From Trichosphaerium sp. ATCC 40318 (Eukaryota > Protista > Tubulinea): DNA of 64,000 nucleotides. Of this stretch, positions 38,903 through 50,662 are shown in pieces. The position numbers and the translations under genes are program-made. Each line of letters opens with the position of its first letter. Position 1 is the stretch's first letter. The notes under the pieces are model-generated. The model was given only the letters and a program-made list of their open reading frames with translations, searched no databases and was not told the DNA's origin. The stretch is from positions 21,461 to 85,460 of the forward strand of contig JALMLS010000011.1 of assembly GCA_038496445.1 (NCBI GenBank). The letters are read 5' to 3'.

Positions 38903-39433
38903 TTACATTCTACGACCTGCAATCGATAGAATTGTTAGGCTCTGTTCCTTTAGTATGCATCTTAGTATGTGTTGTAAAGTTTTGAGTACGCCATAGTAAG
39001 ATTTAACTGAGATATCGTAGTATTGAATGTTTTTTTTTCTGTGAAATAAGATGCTTGATGGCTTTACTGTACGTTCAGATACATCCACTTTGTTACCCAC
39101 TAAACACATAGGCAAATCTCTAGTGTTCTTGAATAGATTCGCATAATGTTGTTGTAGAGACTTATAGCTCATTCGACATGTTGTATCGAACATAAGCACT
39201 GCACCGTCGATATCTTGATAAGGTTCAGCGTTGTCAAAGCATTTTGCAACCATTTCCACGAGATTTATGTGAAAGTCGCCAACTGATGTCATAATGGGTA
39301 CTGTACGCGTCGCAACACCTTCTGAAGGCGTATGCTCCTTTATGAACTCGTTATCAATTAACCGGCTAATTAACGCCGTCTTTCCAATATTGTGGTCGCC
39401 ACATACAGCGATTGATAATGTTTTGGTTGTCAT
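38903..39433 (-). CDS. Divergent intronless Ran-like small GTPase lacking the G3 motif and acidic tail
   Basis: GDHNIGKT, GNKVD and the Ran-diagnostic FHRKKNIQYYDISVKS are present. WDTAGQE is replaced by VEMVAK, and the protein ends at 176 aa. Confidence 0.85.
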   Translation of the reverse strand: MTTKTLSIAVCGDHNIGKTALISRLIDNEFIKEHTPSEGVATRTVPIMTSVGDFHINLVEMVAKCFDNAEPYQDIDGAVLMFDTTCRMSYKSLQQHYANLFKNTRDLPMCLVGNKVDVSERTVKPSSILFHRKKNIQYYDISVKSYYGVLKTLQHILRCILKEQSLTILSIAGRRM

Positions 39434-39710
39434 CAGAGATATGTCGATGGTGTTGACTATGCCAAAATTTCAGATAATTTTGAAACAAAAAAATAGTTAA
39501 GTACTCCGCTTCAAACTTAACTATGGCCAGATGTGACAGTGTTTGATGACTAGTAGTACATCTTTTATAAGCAGTGTAAACTGATATTGATCTTAGTGTA
39601 TGTTTGATAAAGAGATTATCTTTTTTTTATTTTGTAATTAGTAAACTTTGTTGCAAACATACTTGTAACATTTTTTCTGACCTTGGTCTGATCATTCATA
39701 AGTCATTGTT

Positions 39711-40247
39711 TTAAGTATCTTGTAGTACATCATTGATATACTTGCCATAGTGTTGCAATTGCCCATTTTCACTCCACCACTTGAGCTCTCCCTCTAGTTT
39801 ACCATTAACATAGTGGCATTTCAACGACATCTGACCATTTTTATACCACTGCATGTACTCTCCGTCTTTCAGACCTTTGATATAAAAAGCTTGTTCTTGT
39901 AATTTTCTATTATCATACCACATCTTGTACTCACCCTCCTTAGCATCGTTTACATAATACATCTGTGTCTTTAGTTTACCGCTGTGCCACTCTTTATATT
40001 CTCCTTCTTTTTTGCCATTAACATATTCATGTTCTTCTAAAACATCAGTCACGTGTGTTAATGTGTTTAATAGTTTCGTGTATTGCTTTTTCCATTTGCC
40101 ATGTTTCTCAAACTCATCATCAAACCTTGTTGTTGTGGCAGTGTACTTTGATAAAAGAGGCCATGTGACATACAATCCAAAGTCTAAATCAATAATACAA
40201 AGATGTAACTCAACAGGAAGATGTAATAAATGACATGTGTCGTCCAT
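39711..40247 (-). CDS. F-box-like + MORN-variant repeat protein, intronless
   Basis: LLHLPVELHLCII...LLSK, then repeats YVNGKKEGEYKEWH / YIKGLKDGEYMQWYKNGQ / YVNGKLEGELKWWSENGQ. Confidence 0.82.
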   Translation of the reverse strand: MDDTCHLLHLPVELHLCIIDLDFGLYVTWPLLSKYTATTTRFDDEFEKHGKWKKQYTKLLNTLTHVTDVLEEHEYVNGKKEGEYKEWHSGKLKTQMYYVNDAKEGEYKMWYDNRKLQEQAFYIKGLKDGEYMQWYKNGQMSLKCHYVNGKLEGELKWWSENGQLQHYGKYINDVLQDT

Positions 40248-40606
40248 TTCTCTGGACTTTATCTATTTCATGAATTAGTAACATACTATTGTTTTCGTTA
40301 AACGTGGGCTGTTGTAATGTTACATTAATTCAACGATATCGCTCTTGTATACGCACGTAAGAGCGTAGTAGCTAAGTAGCAACAACACAAACGTGTTCTA
40401 CTCTGTAACGCAGATACAAATGGGAGCGTGATACCGATTTAGTCAAAACTTAGTGGTTTCGCAAGAACTGAGGGTAAAAAAGCTTGAAATCAAGTGGAAG
40501 AACGTACAGGTTACTGCTGTTTGCTAAATGTATTGCTGTAAGGAAACAATATGTACAGACTTAAGTTGTTTAAGCAACTATTGTTGGTTTATTGGCACTT
40601 GACAGT

Positions 40607-41581
40607 TCTACATGTTTATTGTGTAACACTGTGGTGAATATGCAATAGGCGAGTTAAATATTGTCTGATAGCTTTTTTAGACTCGTCGCACATTACTCGC
40701 TTTCTAGGTTGCCACGTGGTCATTATAAAGTAGTTATCTTCGTGAATCCTGTCGTCTATCTCCGTTATAACTTTACTTTTCATGTCTGGTGGGATGGTAT
40801 CGAGCCGGTTACGACGGTATTCTAATATTTCATGTTAAGGATCAGCAATAGCACGAAGTAGTATTACTTTCAATCCGGCGTATCATGTTTGATAAATTCA
40901 CAATAAATGCTACTGCCTCTGGAACTATCACGGGTTTGCGTTCAGAAGGGTACAACCATTGAAAACCCCATGTTGCTGGAATTCTGCAAAAATCTGTTAA
41001 CAACCATTATTAGGAACAAGCTACACCTACTCCATTTCCCGTACAAGCTCAGACGCGCTGATAACGATAGTCACTACGTCTATTTTGTTGTCTGGAACAA
41101 CATATTGATACAATTTTTCTGCAATGTTGCATTGTAATAGCTCAATTCCCTGTGGCAGATTAAAAACAAACCAATTAGGCAAACATTTGGACTCACTGCT
41201 TTACAGCCGTTTAAAAGACTTCTAATGAATAGAATTTGATCCTGGGTGAGTTTGGATGAAAAGCGACAACCACATGTATCAAAAATTGATAATTGCTTTA
41301 CAGCAAATTTGTTGTGGCTAGTTTCGCACGTAATAGGGCTACCATCAACTCGAAAAACCTAAAAAGCTGTTTAGGCTGCTTCGCAGTTCCTTTACCTTTT
41401 TTTTTTCGTAGAAGGCAGTTCCTGCAGTCCAATTTCTGCCCGTGAGTGCTATAGTCTGGTCGCCATCGCAAAACTCTTTGAATATACTGTTTATTAGAGA
41501 TGACCTGCCACTTTGTGGTCTACCCAATAGCAATATGTTGAGGTTAGCATGTTCCACAACTTCTCGTTTATCTTCTGCCAT
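40607..41581 (-). CDS. IFI44-like P-loop GTPase (multi-exon; 3' end approximate)
   Basis: NILLLGRPQSGRSSLINSI, AGT, IFDTCG, IRSLLNG, PDMKSKVI; the layout resembles IFI44-type GTPase domains. Confidence 0.55.
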
Positions 41582-41914
41582 GTCTGGCACGTGATTTTTT
41601 TTCAACTTACTATTGTTGTTGACCAAGCAACACAATGACTCAGTTGAGTTTGTGGTACTATATTTCCCGGTACTTCTCCGGGAGGTGATGAATTAAACTC
41701 ATATGTTGGACATTACCATAAAAAATAAACTGCTGTCGAAAAGCTTGTACCCTATATTGACATTTGTTTTCTACCATTGCATGGAAGATTGTTGGAGTAT
41801 GTCAACCTTAACTTGAATCACTGTACCCCAATTCGATTATATACATTAGACAATTCTTGAGTGCTTCATCAGTTATAGTAACATTATATGAACTTCTAGT
41901 ACAGTGCTCCTATT

Positions 41915-43128
41915 TCACATTACAGCACATTTTTTATTGGTTACTTCCGAGTTTTTTCCATCGCAACAGTTGAAAGTCCATGCCGCTGCTGATACTTCAT
42001 TGAGTACTAAGTGTTTAAATAAGCTAGAACTCATCAAATGCAAAACGTACATTCTCTTACCCCATCACCTGTTTTTGAACTCACTTCAACATAACTATGA
42101 GCCTAAAATAACATAATGTAAATGTGCAACATCTAGAAGTTTGGACGTACACCAATTCTTTTTGCTAAACTTATTCCTTCCTTTGTTGTTATAGCATTCT
42201 CTATACATTCACCCAATGTATGTCCTTCCCTCAAATCTAGCTTTGTGCCAACCAATATCACAGGTGCATCTGGGTTAAAGCGTCTCTTTTTTGGATCCCA
42301 CTTTATAAGACAAAAAAGATTAAATAAATATTGTGTAGCACACGATTAGCTACGCTTCTCATAGTATAATAACAACTGAGTATCTTATTTAACATACCTT
42401 TGTTGAAACACTGTCATAACTTGTCCTGTTTGCAAGACTGAACGAAAGTATAAATACACTCTACGGAAATAATACACGATTACTAAATGAAATAATGTCA
42501 AGCTTACATACTGCAGTAGCGTAGACTATGCGTTGCATCTGAATTATGTCATCAGGCTCTCTCATATCCCACAAGCCTATAAGGTATAAGGTACAACAAG
42601 AGTTCATCATCATTCGTTTTTTTTCACAATAAAAATAGACCAACTTATTTCTATCTTTTTTCCAAACCACGTGATAGGCATCCTACAGTCATTTAGAACA
42701 GGAAATCAGTACATAACAAACAGTGACATTGTTGTTAAATTTACACCAAAGAGCCACGTGATGCAATCAATTCACACACGTGCATGAGGAAAAAAACGTA
42801 TACGAAAGAAAACAAAGTAGCATACACATAATTATCTAATACCGTTGGGATATATTCCTGCGGAAACTTATCTTGTACTGTTTAAGTGTACGAGCAAATA
42901 CTCTAGACGCACTTAAAGCAATTCTGATGAATAAACAAGTTTTACCTATGTCAGATTCAGCTGTTAAAGTGTATATGCGTTGAAACTGATTTAGACACAG
43001 GATGGATCTAAGTTAAAGAATAATTATGTAAATTATCATTTACCAACAGCAAGATCTCCCATTACTACCAATTTAACTCGAGGAAGCTCGTCGCTTGAGA
43101 AGCTGTCATCGTTCTTTGAAGATGTCAT
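41915..43128 (-). CDS. Atypical Rho/Rac-family GTPase with CaaX (CAVM)
   Basis: Spliced VKLVVMGDLAVG|KTCLF...FPQEYIPTVLDNY, LWDMREPDD, APVILVGTKLDLR, ITTKEGISLAKRIG; ends KKCAVM*. Confidence 0.8.
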
Positions 43129-43347
43129 TCGGCTAACGTCACGTGTGGTTTAACTTTCGTTGACCACAAAAACAAACTTGGAAGACAAGAAGGCTACAAA
43201 AGTGACAAAAGTTTTCATTCTCACCAGTAGCTGTTGGCAAAAGGCTCACTTGACATAATGTTCGCTTCGAAGCAGACAATTTGTTTATACGCGTAGTTAC
43301 CACAAGTCCACAAAAGTTTTTTTTTTTTTTGAATTGTTTATTCAGTT

Positions 43348-45219
43348 CTATTCTTCCATTGGATCCTTCTCCTCTTTTACTTCTTTTTCTTCTGTTTCTT
43401 CTGTTTCACCACCAGTTGGAGCATCGCCAGCCAACCCATTATTATTCATCATATTTTGAACACCACTCATCTAAGCGGATAACAGTCAGTAAAAAAGAAA
43501 AAAAATAATTACAACACCCTTGAAAAAAAAAACGACAGTAAACATCACTGACTCGCTTAGTATGCATAAATAGCAAATAAACAAAAAATACGAGTACTAA
43601 ACCTGTAGCCACATTGCAGACGAACAGGAGTTCAATGTTTTTCAAAATTTGCCAAAAAGCAGCTGTTTTGTTTCAAAACACTTAAACAACGTACAAAGTC
43701 AGGACTCTGTGCCATATTCCTCAATGAGCTCATAACTTCTGGATTAGATGTCATACCCTTAATAGACTCCATTACATTAGGATTTTGAAGCATAGACGCG
43801 GCCATATTCATGAAATTAGGATCTTTCATAAATTGCATAAAATCGAAGCCAGCTAATGGATTAGCTCCAGCAGCAGGTGTGGCACCAGGAGCACTAGCTG
43901 GCGCATTTGAGGCCTAACAAAGAAATAAGTAAAAGCCTTCTTTCATTTATTTTATTACGCACATCGTTAGCACGTGCTTCAGCTGCACGAAGCGAGTTTT
44001 TGGTTGATTCATTAGATGGATCAAGTTCCAAAGCTTAAAAAAAAGTTATTCAACAATCAAATACTTCAAAATTCGAGTTGTTGTTTATTTACCTTTCTTA
44101 TAACTGTTTACTGCCTCTGTGAATTTGTTCAAGCTGAAATAAGCAAGTCTACGACGTGTAAGTACAAAAAGGGAAAATTTGCTCTTTTTTTTTTTGAATA
44201 AATTCATTCGCTCTCATTGAGTAAGTGCTTACCCTAGGCGGCTCCAAGCTTTTGCATAGTTTGAGTTAATTGTAATAGATGATAAGCAATCAGATACAGC
44301 TTTTTGGTGTTCGCCCAAGTGGCTATAAGAGGCAGCTCTGTTGGCATAGAAAATATGATTTTTGGAATCAAAGTCAATAGCTGTAGTGTACTCAGCTACG
44401 GCTTCCTTGTACTTTCTCTGTGCGAGGAATTGATTACCTATTACAAATCATCAGTAATAAGCACCTACAAACTCAACAAGATTGAATTGGGCGCCAGGAA
44501 AGGTCAAAAAAAAAAAAAAACTTCTCAGTGTTACAAACAAACAAATGAGGTTGAATACAGTTTTGGATGACTGTCACCGTACCGCGTGCTTTGTGCTCTA
44601 GTGAGAGTCTAGTACGCTCAGCTGGATCAGTGACATTTTGAGTAGTGGCAGTTGGGCTCGTTGTTGGTGATTGTTGAGCACTGTTTGAGGTGACGCCTTG
44701 TTTGTTCTCCGATTTGTATTTTGCAATAAATCGGATTTTGGCCTTCTTGTAGCGTTGCCAATACGCCTCAGAACCATCGTCTACGCCTAGAGACGTAATA
44801 AATTAGAAAAGAAAGGTTAAACGAGGAACATAAAGAAGAATTTCATTAGTTCGTAGATATTGCTCTTTTAAGGGCATGCAAGGCGTGGAATTACTGATCG
44901 TACCATTGAAAAAACCACGAGAGCTCAACAAAGCTAAGTATCTATCAAATTTTGTTTTAAGCTCTGGAGTCATGGACTCTTCCTAATACGCGTATTTAGA
45001 GGCGATTATTTTGGAAAAAAAAAGAATTGGTGTAAAACAACGTACCGGATTCAATTGATCGAGGCCAGCAGCGTACACTTCATCAAGGGTATGATCAGCC
45101 GTGCTGCTCTTGTCAATATTCCAAAGAGCCACAAGTTTTTCTGCTAGCTCATCGTTGGCATTCTCGCGCACAAAAGTGACCACGTCACGCTTTAGATAAA
45201 ATTTACGTTCTTCACTCAT
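43348..45219 (-). CDS. SGTA: SGT/SGTA(Sgt2)-like TPR co-chaperone
   Basis: N-terminal dimerisation-like helix; TPRs (FYANRAASYSHLGEHQKAVSDC...YAKAWSRLG); STI1-like MKDPNFMNMAASMLQNP. Confidence 0.8.
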
Positions 45220-45443
45220 TTTGTTGGTATTGTTCGATTAATCTACACCAAACTGTTACAAACACGTTATATTTTACACCTACGCACTCTAATTTCAAAC
45301 TACAAGCTGAACAGCGGTTCTGTACCTTAATATGAAGTGACTTATTCATTGCTTTGCCCAGAATTCAGTGACTGACACGCAATAACCTTCTTTGAGAAAA
45401 TAAACAGAAGATTCAAGAGCCTTCAAACAGTTATTTACAAATA

Positions 45444-48400
45444 ATGCAAAACGCAACACTACAATATAAAACCGGTGGTATTCAACCTCGAACGAATAAT
45501 AACATATTTAACAAACCTGTAATGGCAACTAAACATACAAACATTGCAAATATGTCTCTACCACAACAAAACCTGCTTCGCCTTCAACAAATGCAACGGC
45601 AAGCACCGAAATTCAGCTTGAATTTATCTAGGTTCAACCTGGCAGCTAAAAAACAGACTAAAACGAACTTCTCTAACCTCGCAAAGTCGCTGAACGCGCG
45701 CTTGGCAAAACCTTCAGCTACAAATACTCCTACACAACCATTATTAATTCCACAGTCGCCACAAACGCCAAGCTATAATATACAACCTATACAGGACATT
45801 TCGTATCAAGAACTATTATCAGAGGAGCTCAAATACCAAGGCGACGACCCAAAAGAAGCCCAAAAGGATAATTTCCGTCTCATAGGCCGGTTTGCGGCGG
45901 AAATACAAATTGGAATTTGGGCAACGCCCGAGGCAGTAAAACAAGCACAACGCGATACAATAACCTTCCACGCCAAAAAACATACAAATCGCCCTCCAAC
46001 AATTGAGGGCAAAGACTCTTTTGGCGGCGTTTTGGGCGTTATACCTACACAACTAGCCGTATGGCTAGGTCCGCTACTGGTGCGTGGGTTTACATTATTT
46101 AATCAAATAGTGCTTCATTTAATTCGTTACCGCTTTAAACTCACTATTCGTTTAGCTTAGCGGCTTTATAAAGCTACTTGGACAAATTACATCAGTAAAA
46201 TTATGTAAAGCATCTATTTTATTGGATGTATCACTACGAGCGATACTACAAGACGAATGGTACGTGTACCCACAAACGATTGGTTTCTGTTCACGTAAAA
46301 AACAAAAAAAAAAAACCAAAAACAAAACCTGCAATTCTACAAAAACAAACCCCTAACTTGTAAATAGGTCTTACCGTATCACATCTCACGACAGAGAAAG
46401 ACTACTACGCTTGGCTTCTACAGTTGGGTTACCTTCAAATCAAATAGTAACACAATCAGCTTCCGCTACATTTTCAGGCGCGAGAGAACCAAAGGTAAGT
46501 TTCTATTTAATACGAACACAAGATGCTCAGAAAAATATCAGAAATTGCGCACTTGACTGAACTTATTTGTTGAAAACTTGCAAAAATTTAATTAGCTAAT
46601 TTTGTTTTTTCGTATAGCTTGGTTCTGTGCTTGGTAAACGTGATGCTTCATACGAACTTGGTGGCTACGTTGGAAAGAAACAAAGGGTTAACAAAACGAG
46701 ACTTGTGTCTTCCGATCCTCGTTTGGTACAACTTGTATCAAGCAAGGTTGCGCAACCCCAAACATCATTTTCAGCCAAAACTTCGCCGTTTGCTTCCAAG
46801 ACGACACCGTTTGCCTCAAAGACCTCACCATTTACAGCGAACCCAATGTCCATTAGTGGTGGTATTGGCGGACCTACAAATGCACCTGGTGTTGTTCCAG
46901 CCGCTTCTGATAGCGAACTTCAAAATATTTTAGACAACTTAAAAGATTCTAAAGCACGCTTAACAGGTATGTTTTTTTTATGCTACTCACGGCCTCCTTT
47001 TCTTTCAATTGTATGCTTTTCTTTCAATTGTATGCTAGTGAATATTAACAAATGTTGTAGAAGAAATGAAAGCTGGACCTGGCCTTTTAGTAACCTTACG
47101 GCCCTATCAGCGGCAGGCCTTATCATGGATGGTAAATAGAGAAGCACCCGTAGCAAATGAAAACAAATCGAGTAGTAGTTCGAGTAGTAGTAATAGTCCC
47201 AGTAGCCCTTCTGGCGACCCTTCAACCCGGCTCCCACCTGGATGGCAAGAGCTAACAACGTCCACCGGCAAAAAATATTATCTAAACAAGACCACGAACC
47301 AGACGACCTGGCAGTTTCCGTACGCCGCGGCCGCTGATTCGCAACCGCGTAAAGCTTTGGTCCGCGGCGGCATTCTGGCAGATGAAATGGGAATGGGTAC
47401 GTTTTTTTTAAAGTCAGAGACATCTATTGCTATAATCTCGCGCGTTGCTTTTACATTTGATTCACGTGTTTTTTTTAGGAAAAACGATAGAAATTTTGGC
47501 GTTGTGCGCGACAAACAGACCCGATGCATCGGGTCCCCGCGCAACACTTATAGTTTGCCCCTTGTCTGTCCTTCATCAATGGAAGTCCGAGATTGAAAAG
47601 CGAGTATTGCCTAGAATGGCCTCCTTGTATGTCTATCACGGTACTAACAGAACAAGAGACACCGAAGCTTTCGAAAAATACGATTTCGTACTAACAACGG
47701 TATGTCTTCCTAGAGCTTTACATTTTTTCGCCCAATTTTTTCAATTTATCGCGTTTTTTTTCTCGTAGCTTACGCGTTTTTTTTTAGTACGCGACACTGG
47801 CGACAGAACTCCCAATCGCCACAAAGAAAGGTGTAACGCGCCTTGGTAGATGTGGCATGAAAAAGGGCCCTCTACTGAATGCATACTGGCTCCGTATTGT
47901 ACTTGACGAAGCCCACACTATTAAAGATCGCACTACGCGTACAGCTAAGGCTTCATTTGCCTTAAAAGCTGAAAGACGCTGGTGCGTCACTGGAACACCT
48001 GTTCAAAACAAACTGGATGATCTATTCAGTTTATTGCACTTTTTGAAGGTCGATCCTTATGGAGATTACACTTGGTGGAATCAGGTCATCTTGAGACCTA
48101 TCAGAAACAGAGATGAACGTGGTTTTATGAGACTTCAAGCTATTCTACAAACTGTATTGATTAGACGCACTAAGGATATGTTTGACGCTAATAATGCTCC
48201 TATTGTGGCTTTGCCACCTAGGATTGTAAAGCTGAGAAGAGATGAGTTTACAACAGCCGAAAAAGATTTTTACACAAATCTGTGGCGTTCGTCGAAAGTT
48301 CAATTTGAAGGATTTCAAAGAGAAGGAACATTGCTCAAGAATTATGCACATATCTTGGAATTGCTTTTGAGACTAAGACAGGCCTGTAATCATCCCGATT

Positions 48401-49577
48401 TAGGTAAGGACTTTTGAAGACTTTTTTTTTTGTAGCGTTTTCTTACCCTTTTTTGTAGTCTTGAATAGCAGCCGCAATAAATCTTTTGCCGCTTCAGAAA
48501 ATAAGCTCTCTGCTGTCGTCAATAGAGTCGCTTTGAGTTTGGAAGGCGAAGCAGAATGCTCCATTTGTTTGGAAGCCGTCTCTCTCGCTCAAAAACCAAT
48601 TGTGACAATTTGTGGCCATCTCTACTGCAAGCGCTGTATTGAAGCTAATGCACGCACAAGCAACAAGTGTCCCCTCTGTAGGCATCCTTTGAAGCCTAAT
48701 GATCTCATTTCCATCGATACCTCCGTCCTCACGAACCCTGAAGATAAAGGACAAATTAGAAGACATATCAAGTCTAATTTGCCTCAATGGAACAAGCATT
48801 CTACAAAAATTAATGCGTTGATGCAAGCCTTGGGTCAACTCGCTATTAATGAGAGAGGTAGTAAATCTATTGTTTTTTCGCAATGGACCTCGATGGTACG
48901 TTTTTCCGCTATTGATCATTTTTTGCAAACTCCTTTTTTTTTGTTTTCGGTGATTTTCGCTCGTGCTAACTGTTTGACTTTAGCTGGACCTTATCGAGAA
49001 ACCTCTACGTGAAGCCAATATTCGCTTTGTGCGTTTAGACGGCACCATGTCACAAAATCACAGAGAACAAAACGTTAATACCTTTAACACCAATCCTGAC
49101 GTGACCGTGTTTTTAATTTCGATGAAAGCCGGTGGTCTTGGATTAAACCTAACAGTGGCCAATTACGTGTTCTTGTTAGATCCCTGGTGGAATCGTACGT
49201 TTTTTTTTCTTTCGCGTAAACCAACAACAAGTAAAGCTTTCAAAATTTTTTTTTTCTTATATTTTGTCTAGCCGCTACTGAAGAACAAGCAATCGATCGA
49301 GTACATAGAATCGGCCAAAAGAAACCCGTTATTGTGACAAGATTTGTTATAAGGGTACGTTGTTGTTTTTTTCTTTATTTTTACCTTGTTATCTTTGGTA
49401 TTTGTGCTTACAAGCTGTTTTTAGGGTACTGTTGAAGAAAGGATTCTTGAGCTTCAAGATAAAAAGAGAATGCTTGCTCAAGGTGCTCTTGGTGTTAAGC
49501 GCAAGGAATTACAACAAATGCGTATTGACGAATTGAAGTTACTCTTCTCTGATGGCATGTCAACCAGTAGTATGTAA
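45444..49577 (+). CDS. RAD5: RAD5/HLTF-like SNF2 helicase-RING ligase with HIRAN-like region and an inserted WW domain
   Basis: [23 protein letters not shown]|[40 protein letters not shown]3HC4 [30 protein letters not shown]. Confidence 0.9.
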
Positions 49578-49955
49578 ATAAAATCAATGTATTATAAAAA
49601 GAACTATAAAGAACTATGTTAAAACCTAAGACGTTTGTTTCTTTTGTGTAAGTGTCAACGCGGATTTCAAATGTATTAGAATCACTTGTGTTTACCTTGC
49701 CTGGCAACAACTTGCTATATAGATAATTGTAATCGTACGCAATTGAGAACGCGGCGTTCTGGAAAATAAATAGAATGATTACACATTCGTAGTTCTTACC
49801 TTGTATTGGCTATATAATCGACCGAGCTGTTCATAAATGATAAGTAAAAATGAGCACGTGATTATGAATGAAATTTCTTAGCAATTCTGTGCAGCACAAG
49901 GTGTTCTGTGCACTACAAAAAGAGTGTGGCTTAAAACAAAACTGTGTAACACCGA

Positions 49956-50522
49956 ATGACCCAACACCTTCTCCTGTTTCTCGTATCAATACTGTCTATT
50001 GTTAATGGATGCGCTAAGTTCCATATCAGCTCTGAGGAATACCCTTTAGGAGTACCAAGCACCTCTTACGAGCCTTATCCAGTGAATGCGACTGCTGCTA
50101 CAGTAACATACTTCTGCTACTGTACTGGCAACCAGAACTTTACCGGTAACTTGCTTAAATCAACAGTTGGTCCTATTTGCGTTTACAACAAGATGCCTCA
50201 ATCCGGATCAAGCTACTGCGCTGTAGGCGCTTACTATGCTCTTGGACAAAAATTCAAGTTGTCAGATAACCCTCACCTCGAAGACACTTCAAAAGAAAAC
50301 CCACTTCCTGAAGGAACCTTTCCGGTGGACCCAAAGGCGGAGCAACAAAAATACCTTTGTGTAGTGGATGAGGGACCATATACACCAATTTCAGGCTCCC
50401 TGGTGAACGTTGAGAACGAGTGGAGATGCTATTATTCTTATACAACATCCCTTGGAATGGTAGGTGGCTTTAAAACACCTGGCTTTTACAAGGCAGTCGT
50501 TGGAACAGAATGTTTAATTTGA
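49956..50522 (+). CDS. Secreted Cys-containing protein of unknown function, intronless
   Basis: 188-aa ORF with a signal peptide (MTQHLLLFLVSILSIVNG) and spaced cysteines. Confidence 0.7.
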   Translation: MTQHLLLFLVSILSIVNGCAKFHISSEEYPLGVPSTSYEPYPVNATAATVTYFCYCTGNQNFTGNLLKSTVGPICVYNKMPQSGSSYCAVGAYYALGQKFKLSDNPHLEDTSKENPLPEGTFPVDPKAEQQKYLCVVDEGPYTPISGSLVNVENEWRCYYSYTTSLGMVGGFKTPGFYKAVVGTECLI

Positions 50523-50662
50523 ACAATAAAACAATCAATCAAGATCATAAAACTTATCGAAACTGTTGCTGGCGTTATAAGTAATAGTATCAAATCAAAC
50601 GTTACATATCACAATACAAAATATCTATGTTGAATAAAAGTCAATCATTACTCCGTACTGTT

